DNA from: Oikopleura dioica
Lineage: Eukaryota > Animalia > Chordata
DNA length: 64,000 nucleotides
Direction: 5' to 3'
Assembly: GCA_907165135.1 (NCBI GenBank)
Contig: OU015567.1
Span: 11,718,001-11,782,000 of the forward strand
In this document: positions 1 to 12,420 of the stretch, piece after piece
How positions within the stretch are numbered: the first letter of the stretch is position 1
Layout: each line of letters begins with the position of its first letter
Made by a program: the position numbers and the translations under genes
The notes under the pieces: generated by a model
The model's input: only the letters and a program-made list of their open reading frames with translations
Database searches by the model: none
What the model was told of the DNA's origin: nothing

Positions 1-1
1 C

Positions 2-454
2 TATAAAACTTTGACGGAGCGATATCCTGTCTTCGGTGCCTGGTATTACCTATTCTTCTGTTTCACGATGATGTTCCTTATTTTGAACGTACTCGTCGCG
101 ATTATCAACACTTCATGCGAGTTGGGAAGTGAAGAGCTTTTGAGCAAATCGAATGAGTTTGAAATAATGGAATTCATGATGAAATCGTTCAAAACGAAAA
201 TTTCCTGGCTCTCTGGAGAACAAGCCGATCCAGAAGTAGACGATGTTACTGCTGAAGTCCAGCTTAGAGTTGAAAAACTCAAGAGCTCAAGAATTAACAG
301 ACTGCAGAAACAAGAAGCTGAAGCAATGAGCACTTTTGAAAAATCGATGAAAGCGCTGAAACGACTCGACAACGTCAACTTCGAGAGGAGCCTTGGTATC
401 AACCCGGAAATGAAGTACAAAGCATCGACTTTACGAAGACGACCCTCCAAGTAA
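2..454 (+). CDS. 3' end of a polycystin-family (PKD2/PKD1L-type) TRP channel, 5'-truncated by the window
   Basis: Frame open from base 2. FGAWYYLFFCFTMMFLILNVLVAIINTS resembles the S6 helix of polycystin channels (FILLNMFLAIINDTY), followed by a charged coiled-coil-like tail. Subfamily not resolvable. Confidence 0.6.
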   Translation, partial: YKTLTERYPVFGAWYYLFFCFTMMFLILNVLVAIINTSCELGSEELLSKSNEFEIMEFMMKSFKTKISWLSGEQADPEVDDVTAEVQLRVEKLKSSRINRLQKQEAEAMSTFEKSMKALKRLDNVNFERSLGINPEMKYKASTLRRRPSK

Positions 455-1029
455 ACTGAAAATTATTACCGGATTTTATGCCTGAAAAGACAATGATTAT
501 GGACACGGACACTGTTTTTGTACTGTAGTTTGTAGTTCCTTTACTTTCTTCTGCATTTCAAAATAAATTTTCTTTGTGAATTTCCTTTTCAAATTTACAA
601 TTTTCCACAATTCAAGTTCTCGGTTGTCAAGTCAACCACTCTTATCTCAAGATGAAATGTTCCCTTTTTGCCTGAATGCATTTTCCTTGCTTCAAAATTT
701 GTCATAAAATTCTCATCAGAAAAATACTTGTGATCAATCATCGTCCGCCAGACAAGTAGCAAAGTGCGCTTATCAAAAAGGCCTTTCGATTCCATCATTC
801 TTGCGTACGCGCTAATGCATGAAATTGATGAACAAAAAATTAATCTCCGCGCGGCGCAGACAAAAAAATCGCCGACCACTCGTGGCGCAATTCGACGCCG
901 CCTCGCTGTACCCACTCATGATGTTCCTATCATTCTTCTCGGATTCCGTTTTACCCGAGTTTCTTTTCGAGTTATTTATGAAGAATTCACTGCTATAATA
1001 ACCAACAAGAGAAAGAGAGAGAAGTAAAA

Positions 1030-4000
1030 ATGGCCTATCCCGGCATATGGGCGAATTCTTATGGCCAGATGTACCAAGGTAAAGCTATTAAATCGAACAT
1101 TTTTATCATATGCACTAATCTTGACGACAATTGTTTATGGCACATTTATAGAACATTTTTATGGGTCATTCATGATAATATCTCGATGGTGATTCTTCAT
1201 ACATTTAATTTAAGGATATAGCCGTTCTCAAGGCACTTTCGTAGCGCCGAAATGGGGCGATAAAATTTTTTCATTTCAAGACAGGTCCTACCTAAAATTA
1301 TGTCTAGAATTCGATTCTGATGTTTTTTAAAATTTTTTTCAAAGAAAATTTCTCTCTGGAGCGATTTGAAATCTTACGATCACTTTTTCTCGAAATTTTT
1401 CAATTAAATCGCTAAAACTAAACCGTGTTTTATTATAAATAACTGCTAATCTATCTTCCTAAGGCCTCAAAATTTCAAAACCCGAGCAAATTTTCATTCT
1501 AGCGTCCTCTTCTTTTTGGCTTTTCTTTTTCATAAATGCTGCGTTCAGGGCGCTGGGCCAATCAGCGCGCTCTTTCACATGCGCGCCTCACCGCGCGATG
1601 GAGGAGGGCGCCCAGCGCAGCAAACCAGAGCGCTGTCTGACGCTTCGGCTTACTCAAGTAAGCCTCATAAAAATGGCTCTAGAACCATAAATAATTTGAA
1701 TCTATTAAACTTTAAGCCCTAGGAATGTAGAGAAAGGTCCAAATTTTTAATTTATCAAAAAAACTCGACCGATTTAATGGAAAATTCTCGAGAAAAAGTG
1801 ATCGTAAGATTTAAAATTGCTCTAGAGAGAAATTTTTCCATTTAAAAATTAAAAAGAACACTAGAATCGGGTTTCTTAGGCAATTTTAGGTAGGGTTCCT
1901 TTTGAAATGAAAAAATTTTATCGTCCCCTTTTCGCGCTACGAAAGTGCCTTGAGAACGGCTATATCCTTAATAGAAAACAAAACCTTTTCCCCGTTAGAC
2001 TTCACGGGAAAGTCATGGCTAATTTAAATCTGAAACAAATTCCATTATGCGATTGTTGGTGTGAAAAAGGACTTTTACGCAGGAATTGGAGCATAAAAGA
2101 ACAATGATGAAGTGGTTCGTCGCATCAGATTAGATTTCACCTCAAGCAGGTCACACCGCGCCTCAAGATTTAGGCTAAACTGGCGGCACTAATTTGTTGC
2201 AGTTTTAATCCTGTTTCGAATTTTAATATTAAGGTGCACCTGGCAATAATAACAACTATGCCCAACCAGCTCAGTACCCCCCAAGCGCTCAAACTCCGGG
2301 TCAGCAGGCGCCGATCCAAGCTAATGGTCAACCTGAATACGGAGCTCAATATTACGCCGCCCAAGGACACTATCCAAACTATCACAATAACTATTACGTG
2401 AGCAGTACTCAGCCTGCATTGACGGCTACTTCCGGAAGTCAAGTAACGTACCAGTTGCAAGAGCCGCCCCAAGAAGCAATGGGAGAGATAAAATATACAA
2501 TCGATGATACAGACAGGTAAATAAGATTTTTCTTGGCGGATCCCAATATTTCATAGAAGGCGTGGCGGTAAGAAATCCAAGAAGCGGGAAGAAAACGGCG
2601 AGAACGAAATCGACCGTGTTTTCATCTGGGATCTGGACGAGACGATCATCATTTTCCACTCCCTTCTCACGTCTTCTTATGCCCAGCGCTACGGAAAGGT
2701 GACTTCCTCTCTTGGAGCTCATTTGGGCGTCGGGTTTCGACAAATTTCGAGTTTGAAATTCGCAATTATCCTCCCGGATAAGCCGCGACGCCATCTCGCG
2801 CAGAGCCCCAAGTGTTCGGTTTCACAAAGATCGCCAGATTAGACGCGAAAGTCCACGGCTTTCTTTAGCTAATGGATTATCATTTTTCTTGGAAAGAAAT
2901 GGCTCTTCAACTGTTTTTAAGGATACGAATGCAACATTGCAACTTGGGCTGAGGATGGAAGAGCTCATCTTCAATCTCGCAGACAACCATTTGTTCTTCA
3001 ACGATTTGGAAGAGTGCGACCAAGTCCACTGTGATGATGTCGCTGCTGATGATAATGGACAGGATCTCGCGAATTATAATTTCCAGACTGATGGTTTTCG
3101 GTAAATAGCTTTTCTTGCACCTTTTATTAAGGATATACCCGATAAAATTGAACTTTTCTAGCGCCGAAATGCTACGTAGGATCATTTTTATTTCAAAGGC
3201 AATTCTACCGTAAAATGCACGCAGATCTCAAATCTGGTACTTTTTTATATTTTCTCATTTGAATTTTTCTTTTTAGAGCAATTTCAAATCTTACTCTCTC
3301 GATTACTCGAAATTTTTGGTATAAATCGGTCGAGATTTTTCGATAGATAAGTTCTTTAGACCGTTTTCTACAATATTGATGGTTTACTTTTCCTTAATTC
3401 CGAAGGAAACTGATTCTAGAGTCATTTCATTAAGGGCTACCCAGCGCGTGAACGCTCTACAAAGCGGCGCGCTGGGTGCTCACTCAGTCGACTCCTCTTT
3501 TCCGAGAGAAAGTGAGTGGTTGAGCGCACCGCTCTGATTGGTAGCACGCGAAAAAGCGCGCAGAGAAGAAAAACAAGAGTATAAATGAGGAGAACACTAG
3601 AATGAAAATTCAATAGGGTTTAAGAATTTAATCCCATCAATTTCGTAGCTTAGCATTATTCTTATACAGAACACGGGTCATTTTTAGCGATGAAGTGAAA
3701 AAATTTCGAGAAATCGAGAGAGTTCGTTTTCAAATCGCTCTAGAGAGAAAAATTGTAATAAAAATTTTTAAATAAGTAGCAGAATTGAATTTAACGCACA
3801 ATTTTAGGTAGGATTTCTTTTGAAATAAAAATGATCCGACTTCGTATTTAGGCGCTATGAAAGTTTAATTTTATCGGGTATATCCTTAAATTCAATTTAG
3901 AACAGCAAATGCAGCAGGCGCTATCTGTCTCGGGCCGGGAGTTCGAGGAGGAGTGGACTGGATGAGAAAACTAGCTTTTAGATACCGAAGGATCAAAGAA

Positions 4001-4580
4001 CTCTACGACACCTTCAAGGACAATATTCCAGGTAATCCATTCGATAAATTTTTTGTAGGAATTTTTATTTTAGAGCTCCTCTCAAGTCCAGTTGGAGAAG
4101 CTTGGCGGCAGCTAAGAACGGAAATTGACCAGAGCACGGATAACTGGTGTGCCCTCGCGCTGAAAGCGCTTAGTGTCATTCATAATCGGTAAGAACTGAC
4201 TGCCTAAAGCTGCAAATAATTTGAGAATCCTAGACCTGGATGCGTAAATATAATGGTGACAACAACTCAGCTGGTCCCTGCGATAGCGAAGTGCATGCTG
4301 TACGAATTAGGGCCTGTTTTCAATATTGACAACGTCTACTCCGCAACGAAAATCGGAAAGGAGAGCTGCTTCGAAAGAATTATCCAGCGTTTTGGAAAGA
4401 ATGTCACGTACGTCTGTATTGGCGACGGGAGAGAAGAAGAGATTGCTGCAAAAACGGTACCGAAAAATGTTACTTTCATTTTTTAAAAATTGATTTCAGC
4501 ATAACGTTCCATTCTGGCCAATCTCGACGCACAATGACTTGATGGCTCTTCACCAAGCGTTAGAGCTTGAATATCTGTAA
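1030..4580 (+). CDS. EYA: Eyes absent (EYA) transcriptional co-activator / HAD phosphatase, multi-exon
   Basis: Exons read by eye give a P/Q/Y-rich N-terminus with [27 protein letters not shown] (catalytic DxD), [39 protein letters not shown] and the ending [13 protein letters not shown]. First exon at 1030-1078 is tentative. Confidence 0.95.
1214..1967. mobile_element. 754-bp non-autonomous MITE, TTAA-flanked, GG termini (Kolobok-like), in EYA intron 1
   Basis: TTAA at 1210-1213 and 1968-1971. 34-bp perfect terminal inverted repeat GGATATAGCCGTTCTCAAGGCACTTTCGTAGCGC extends imperfectly for over 200 bp. GC-rich core, no coding capacity. Confidence 0.85.
3131..3885. mobile_element. 755-bp MITE related to the 1214-1967 element, in an EYA intron
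   Basis: TTAA at 3127-3130 and 3886-3889. TIR GGATATACCCGATAAAATT(G/A)AACTTT. Shares GGATATA ends and subterminal blocks with 1214-1967. Host intron is 3101-3900. Confidence 0.85.
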
Positions 4581-4754
4581 AATATTGCAAACAATCAAAA
4601 ATACCTGCCGAATAAAGATTCTGACTATATTTTTTTCCTAAATTAGATGACGAAAGAGACAGGAAGAGTTAATCCTGAAAATTGGATTTGCGGCGATTTT
4701 GTCATGGGTTCCGAGTTGTTAGTTACTTGGGAAATTTTTAGAGCAGAAGAGAAG

Positions 4755-7700
4755 ATGAAAGGAAAAGGAAAATGGAAATATTTCTTTTTATTAAATTTTG
4801 CTAGAGCCCAAGACATACTTTCCCGATTTGCGGAAACGAGGGTTTTAGATACTTTATCGATTACGGTTGATAGAGATGGCGCTTGTTTTTATGAAGGCAG
4901 AGAATATGAAGACGGAGAAGTTGCTCAAATAACGGATTGTATTTATCATTCGTGTTCATTTGGATCTTTGACACAGCTTTCATTTTGTGAAGAAATAAAC
5001 GAAATATACGAAGAAATGGAAAATGACGCGACAAAAGATCAAAATCAAGAAAATCGTTATGCATGGACATGTCCAGCCCAACAGGCAATGACTCCGAGCG
5101 GCTTGTGCATCCCTTGCTATGGCCTTATAGATGTTCCACTTGATTCTGAATCCTGTACTTGCATTGACTACGCTTACACGAACCCGATAGATCCTTACGA
5201 GTGCATTTGTCAAGCTGGGTACCAAGAGCAAAATGGGATTTGTGTAGAGAGTGTCAGCACTACTACAACGTCGGTGACTTTGACCACAACCACGCAAGTA
5301 CTCTGCGAGCTCCCATTCGTCAGAAACAGTGATAACGTCTGTGTCAAGTGTGGTGGTGCTTTTGAAACTAGCACAACTGTCTCGCATTGCACTTGCCAGG
5401 AAGAAGCGTCGCTTATCGCCGGACAAAATCGCTGCCGATGCAACTTGGGATACGCTTATGTTTCAGATGAAGACCCTTTACTGCCGGGAAGTTGCACTCT
5501 CTGCAGCGGTCCGATGGATGTTTCGGTAAATGACGGCTCAACTGAATTTTGCTTGTGCGGCGAAAACGCTGAGATAAACCCTGATTACGATCCAAGTAAG
5601 CCTTGGGATTCCAATTCATGGTATTGTAGATGCAAGAGTGGGTATATTTCCGTCCCTGACACAAATTTACCGAGGATAAGTTTTGGCTCATTTGGAAACG
5701 CAAGATATTTTGCAGTTACTAATGATGGTGATGATGGCAATCAAATTCAATCACCATTTCAACACGACTACGGCAAATGCGTTTTGCCAACGGGAGAGTG
5801 TGAAGAAGGCCAAGTCTTTAACTCCGACGGTGTTTGTATTACTTGTTTGGGGATTGTACCTGACGTTTTAACGACCCTTGATTGCTCTTGCAAAGAGAAT
5901 GCATCTTTACAAGCTGGGTCAAACCCGCCAGTGTGCGCTTGCGATGAAGGGTTCACGGAAATTGATGGAGAATGTGAAAGTACTGTTCCAGGAGTTTGTG
6001 GAACATCTGAAGTTCTAAATAGTGATGGAGAGTGCATCATGTGTCTAGGATTGGTTGAATCTCCACTTCCGGGTGTTACGTGTAGCTGTATTGAGAATGC
6101 ATCTATGTCACAATACGCGCCCATCTGTTTTTGCGACAATGGGTTCAAAGAAGAAAATGGAGTTTGCGTTCAAGATTGCGAATCAATCGGCTTAGTTGAA
6201 AATGAAAGCGGAGAGTGTGCTCCTACAACTACGTCTACATCTACAACAACATCCACATCTACTACGACACAGACAACTACTACTTCTACAACTACTTATA
6301 CAACGACGACGTCTTCATCAACTACCACGACGACGACAACGACTACAGAGCTTGGTGAATGTGAAAATGGAATGGTTAGAAACAGCATTGGAATTTGCAT
6401 CCGCTGCTTTGGAGCAATAGAAACTCCGCTGTCAACTGAGCTTTGCACATGCGGTCCAAATGCGACAATTCTATCATATGCTCCTCTATGCGTGTGTAAT
6501 CCTGGGTTCATTGATGATGACGGAGTATGTATTCTGCAGACAACGACTTCATCAACGACAACATCTACGTCGACGACTTCAACAACGACAACACCTACAA
6601 CTTCTACGACATCTGCGACATCTACGACAACGACGACAAGCACATCAACAACCGATCTTGTTTGCTCTGACGACATGGCTTTGAATTCGCTTGGAGTTTG
6701 CATTTTGTGCATAGGAGTCCATGAAGACCCTCTCCCTGGAGAGACTTGCACATGCAAAGAGAATGCCTCCCTTATTGATGGATTGCCCGTATGTCTGTGC
6801 GATGATGGCTTCAACAATAATGATAATTACTGCATTCAAACAACAACCACGTCTACAACATCAACAACTACCACGTCTACGACGCTAGAATCGTGTGAGG
6901 CGGGCCAAGTTCGAAATATGCTTGGCCAGTGTATATCTTGTATGGGAGTTTATGAAGATCCTCTTCCCGGAGAAACATGTTCGTGCAAAGAAAATGCATC
7001 TCTTATTGATGGACTCCCTCTCTGCTTATGTGATGACGGATTCATAAACATTGATGATTACTGTATCTCGACAACAACGTCAACCACAACGACCACAACA
7101 ACTACCCTTGCACCATGTGAATCAGGCCAAGCGCATAATATCAATGGTGATTGTATTCCCTGCATGGGTATTTTTGAGGATCCCCTTCCAGGAGAATTTT
7201 GCACTTGCATTGAAAATGCTTCTCTTGTTGGTGGTTTTCCAGTTTGTTCTTGTGACGACGGATTTGAATTGATAGGTGATGTTTGTTCACCGCTTACAAC
7301 AACGACGACAACAACTACAACAAGCTCATTTCCTACAACAACGGAAGCTTGCGCTACTAATTTTGCGAGGAATATTCTCGGAGATTGCATCCTATGTTTC
7401 GGCGTTATTGAAGAGCCTCTTTCAACAGAAGACTGCACTTGTGGCGCAGATGCGTCTCTTTCTGACCTAGCACCTTGGTGTCAATGTAATGAAGGCTTTA
7501 CAGAAGTTGAAAACTCTTGTACAAGAATGCTTACTACTTCGTCAAGCACAACAACAACAACTTCGACATCTCTTGGCGATTGCGAAAACAACTTTGTCAG
7601 AAATATTTTTGGGGACTGCATCGCATGTTTTGGTAATATTGCGATTCCATTAATGACAGAAGAATGCAGTTGTGCTGAAAATGCCTCCTTATTTGATGGA

Positions 7701-10700
7701 ATGCCGGTTTGCAGTTGTGATTCCGGGTTCATAGATGATAATGGGTTCTGTGTTCCAACCACCACTTCCACAAGCACAACATCTACTTCTTCCACGGTCT
7801 CCTCAACCACATCTCAAGCAGATTGTGAGAATAACTTCGTCAGAAATATTTTTGGCGAGTGCATTGCATGTTTTGGTAATATTGCGATTCCATTAGTGAC
7901 GGAAGGATGCAGTTGTACGGACAATGCCTCATTATTTGAAGGAATGCCGGTTTGTACTTGTGATATTGGGTTCACGGATGATAACGGACTTTGTGTTCCT
8001 ATTACCACTTCAACGACTACCACCGTCATATCTTCATCAACCTCGTTATCATCAACAACATCATCTATTTCATGCCCTGATGGAACGTATCTGACTCCTT
8101 CGGGCGCATGTAAAAATTGTGAAGGACTTTTTGTGCTCCCTATGACTTCTGAAACATGTGAGTGCGTTCCAAATGCTTCTTTAGCGGAATTCGCGCCTGT
8201 TTGCCTCTGCAATGACGGGTATCACGAAAGTAACGGCGGCTGTTTACCGAGCCCAACAACGACTACGAATCCAATCAGCACTACAACTGGTTCGCTCATA
8301 AGCTGCCCAGATGAGCTTGTAATGAACAATGTTGGAGAATGCATCGCTTGTTATGGAGCAATTCCAGCGGTTTTGGCAACAGAAGACTGTTCTTGTGTTG
8401 AAAACGCAGAAATGAGCTCTTTTGCGCCTTTTTGTCAATGTATAACAGGTTATTTCTTCGTAAATAATGAATGTGTCGAGACGCAGGAAGAAGACTGCGA
8501 TATTCATCACGTGAAAAATGCAAATGGAGAGTGTGTTATGTGCATGGGAGCAGTCGCTGAGACTCCACTAAATACTATTGAATGCTCTTGTGGTTATTTT
8601 GCTGAGCTTGTTAGCTACATGCCTTACTGTCGTTGCATCGACGGATATGAAGAAATAGATGGGATTTGCATTATTTTGCAGACTACCACTTCACAATCTC
8701 CAACAACCCCAGAAGGAAGTGGCAACTACGGGGACTACTGTATTGTTAACGGTGTCGTTTATGACAACGGACAAAGCTGGAAAGACGGAAATTGTTGGCT
8801 GTGTGAGTGTGACGAAGGAGTTGTTGCTAAAACTTTCATTTGTGAAACGAATCTAATTGGAGAGGTAAAACACTGCACCTTGCCGAACGGCGCAACAGTT
8901 CAACACGCTCAATACTATCACGTGTCCAACTGTTTTAAATATTTCTGGTATGGTTTTTATACGAAAATTTTATTCAGATGTACAAAGGTTTTTTTAACAT
9001 ACTCAATATCCTCCCCAGCTGCTTCCATTTCTAAATATTGATAGAAAAAATATTGATAAGTGCTGTTACAAGTAAACACGAGAATTAGGCTGCTTCCACT
9101 GATTCGGTAAAGCTTGAAGAGATTTGAAACTTGGACCATCTACTTCAGCCTTTTTGCACAGGTTCGCAAATCCCGAGTCATATTGTTTATGATATTTGTA
9201 TTTTCGAGCCTTTCCTTTGCAGGCTCTTCCATTTCCCAGATCTTCAGATGGCCTCTATTCCGTCGATGTTCATCTAGACATTTTTAATAGAAAATGAGTT
9301 ATCCGTACCGGCATTGACAACGTATTTATTATGCCAGTCTCGGTAAGTTCCTGAGCCAAAGGTTGTGCCTGGCTCATAAGTTCCGCTAACATTAATGCGA
9401 CGTTTTTTCTCAAGATCGGTAAATGCTGCTTCGTTCGATTTGAACTCATCAAGTCGAGCAAATTGTGCATCAAAAGATGGGTTCAGAAAGAATGGCCAGG
9501 AAATTCTATCGGTCTTGTGTGCTCGAACTCGATGCCAAGCGCCCTTTGCCACGCCATAAGTAAAGTACTCAAGCATTCGACCGAGATTGATAATCAATGA
9601 CCCCTCAATTGGCGGGATCGGATACCATTTTCCTTCATATTCCGCCTCAAGTCCTCCCGTCTGATCTTGGTAGAGCAAGGTAATAAGACCCTTGTCCAAG
9701 TGTGACTCGATTCCCCACTCTCCTTTTGGAGTCTTGTCGTAATAATTTCCATGAAGACAGCAAACAGGATCGGTAGCAAATTGTTCCCGAAGACGACCTT
9801 GCTGAAGACTAAAAATTTTCTCGAACCAGGTCTTAAAAGAAATTACAAAATAGGAAATTACATGGTTCTTTTACCAGAAGGTCTAGTCCGGTATTCTTCA
9901 TCGCCAAAAACATTTTCCAAAATTTCTCATCTATTCTTTTGATATCGAGCTTCAGATTCGGATCAACCCTAAATGCGTGAATTGATCTTTACTCAAAAAT
10001 TATTACTTTTGAATGAATTCAGAGTCCATATCAAAGAGGTAGAATGAATGTGCCATGTTCCGAATGTAAGCTTCTAATTTTTTCTGTTCAGCATCTGACG
10101 CAGTAAAGACTTCTCTAGTTAGTGCTTCGATTTCTTGTAGTTCGCTCTCAGAAAGTCCCCAATTTTTGACATAGAAAAAGCCACTAAAATAAGTCGGAAT
10201 CAATTCAGATAACACAGGACCTACACATCAGTTAGGCCTCTTCGTAATTCTTCTCTTTCTGAACTCGAGCTTTCGAGCTTATTTAGATCAATAATCGGGA
10301 AATTAAACATTTTTAATTTTCTTTGATTTGAGCGATTTATTTATTTCAGCACCGGAAGTAGCTGAAATAGTAGTTGATTTCAGATTCTTCCACCACATCC
10401 TTTAAAAATGACCTCAGAGTCTCGAATTTGAAAAACCAAATAAAGTAATGACGAGCAGCTAGAAGAGTTCGACACTTGCGAAGCAGGATACTCGTATCCG
10501 GGCGGATGCAGATTTGAAGGCAAAAATTACATGAATCATCAACAATGGTACAAAGATAGCTGTAACTACTATGTCTGCAAGGAAGGATCCATTGAAGTTG
10601 TTTATTTTTGTACGACAACAACGACTCAATCAACTACCACGAGAGACCCTTCTGCCGGCAGCTGTACGTTCGAAAATGAGGTTTATCAGAACGGGCAAAT

Positions 10701-12301
10701 ATGGTACTTGGATCAGTGTATCGGCTACAGTTGTTACATGGGAGTCGTCCATCAATTCAATAATTGTCATAGCACAACGAAACCACCAAGTTATCCAACT
10801 CAGGTAAATATCCGACAAAAATTATTTTTTACTAATTTTGATATTCATAGTCAACACTTCCACCACAAAAACCTTGTTGGTTCCAAGGTATTGAGTATCA
10901 TTCTGGAGCTCGATGGAACAAGGATCAATGCCATACTTATATTTGCAATGATGGAGAAATCGGATTTTTCAACCACTGTCCGGAAACTCAAACAACTTCT
11001 ACGCCTCCGGTTGGATGTACTACTCCCACCGGTCAGTTCTACTATCATGGGCAGATTTGGAAAACAGGCACTTGTCTTCAGCACACTTGCATATCAGGAG
11101 AAGTGACTACTTCTGATGTCTGCACGGGAGGAGGATATGGGTAAGATCTATATAAAATTGACAAGTCATAAGAAAAATAAGGGTTTCATCGACACGATCA
11201 TGTTGGATGTGCGACGCGCATAGCTACGAAGAATGTCTGCAAATCGGTATGCGCCAAACATGTCCAGGGGACTCTGTCTGCTTTCTCGAAGTAAGATCAC
11301 GTGGTGGTCACATGGAAAGGATGTGCACTGGGTGTCAGCAACGCGAAGCTTGCCAAGGAAACAAACTAAACAATCAGGACCAGTGCTTTATGCATGGCTA
11401 TAACGCAAATGGATCACCAGATTCAGTTTGTCGAGATTGTTGTTCTAGCAGCGACTGTTCTTTGGAAATAAACATGAATCATCCGATGATTGCTGCTTTT
11501 CCACCTCTTCAGACTCATTCCTACAATTCTGGCAAGTCCTGTGATGCAATTTACACACCTGACGAGAAGCATCATTCTCATGGCGACACCTGGGGCGCGG
11601 GAATATGCCCTCATGATTCGACAACACCAATGTACGAGTGGACCTGTCTTGATGGAAAAGTTCATTTTACGGAGCCATGCAAGATTGCATACGCTCAGCC
11701 AGGATCCGAGTAAGTAACAATTGCCAATTTCTGTCTTATAAAATCGTTAGATGTGTGAATGGTGCACCTCACAACGCCGGGTACAATATTGGAACATGCT
11801 CAATTACAGGGGGTCCTCTTGCAACTTGGAAGTGCTCAAATGGCCAGCTTACTTATGAAAATCCATGCTACGAGGCGTTTTTGGGTTCACAAAGCACTTA
11901 CTCGTCAGGTTCAACAAGCCAATACTACCAAACTTATGATTCAAACAATAATCCTTCAACTAATGTTGAGGAAGAGCTACTGATTTTAGCGGTTGATAGT
12001 TCGTTTGGAGTTTATTTGATCAACGGCGCGTACTTGTCTGCAGAACAACACAGGTTTATCTCATACTCGATAATGACTTTATTCAACGACCTCTATATTT
12101 AGTTTTACAGAACAATATCTGTTACAAGAAATGGAGCGATTTGGGCATGCAAGTTGGGTCGAAAACGGATTTCCCGACGACCCAATCACTTCCGTCGACT
12201 ACTACAATCGAATAAACTTCGAAGACGGGACGTCGCTTACTCAAAATGAGCATAATATGAGTGGCGAAGAAATATCATTGCTGCGAGATCTACTAAAATA
12301 A
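4755..12301 (+). CDS. Large secreted extracellular protein with ~15 eight-Cys EGF-like modules separated by Thr-rich mucin linkers, short vWC-like modules and a C-terminal Ly6-like Cys domain (oikosin-like candidate)
   Basis: ORF 4647-9041; likely start MKGKGKWKYFFLLNFARAQD at 4755 (short signal-like peptide). Splicing 8947 to 10446 is in frame and restores the module Cys spacing (CFKYFC-NDEQLEEFDTC). Further exons end at the stop at 12301. Confidence 0.75.
9140..10310 (-). CDS. 2-oxoglutarate/Fe(II) dioxygenase, isopenicillin-N-synthase-like fold, nested antisense in intron 8948-10445
   Basis: MFNFPIIDL (DIOX_N), VGFFYVKNWG, HxD (ESHLDKG), GAWHRV and RISWPFF (RxS). Stop is 9274 if unspliced, or 9140 if a 35-nt GT-AG intron is removed. 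Confidence 0.85.
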
Positions 12302-12420
12302 ATTCTCTACCAATGTCATAGAACTCAACAAACTCTCTCTCAACCCCCAATATCAGAAAGTAAACTCAGTTCTTTTTTTATAAAAATATATTTATTACAA
12401 AATTAAAATAAGGATACATT

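Noticed and set aside
595-1027. ORFs 595-915 (-) and 764-1027 (+)
   Set aside because: No recognisable motifs or supporting splice structure; probably EYA upstream or UTR sequence.
4647-4754. Upstream ATG at 4647 as the start of the Cys-rich protein
   Set aside because: The first 36 codons are not signal-like. An acceptor-like TTTTTAG precedes the ATG at 4755, which begins a better secretory N-terminus.
6296-8212. Val-rich minus-strand ORFs
   Set aside because: Antisense shadows of the ACN Thr-codon runs in the Cys/Thr-repeat gene.
9140-10310. Horizontal origin of the IPNS-like dioxygenase
   Set aside because: It has ordinary short introns and host-like composition, and similar proteins occur in other invertebrates. 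Only a phylogeny could support transfer.
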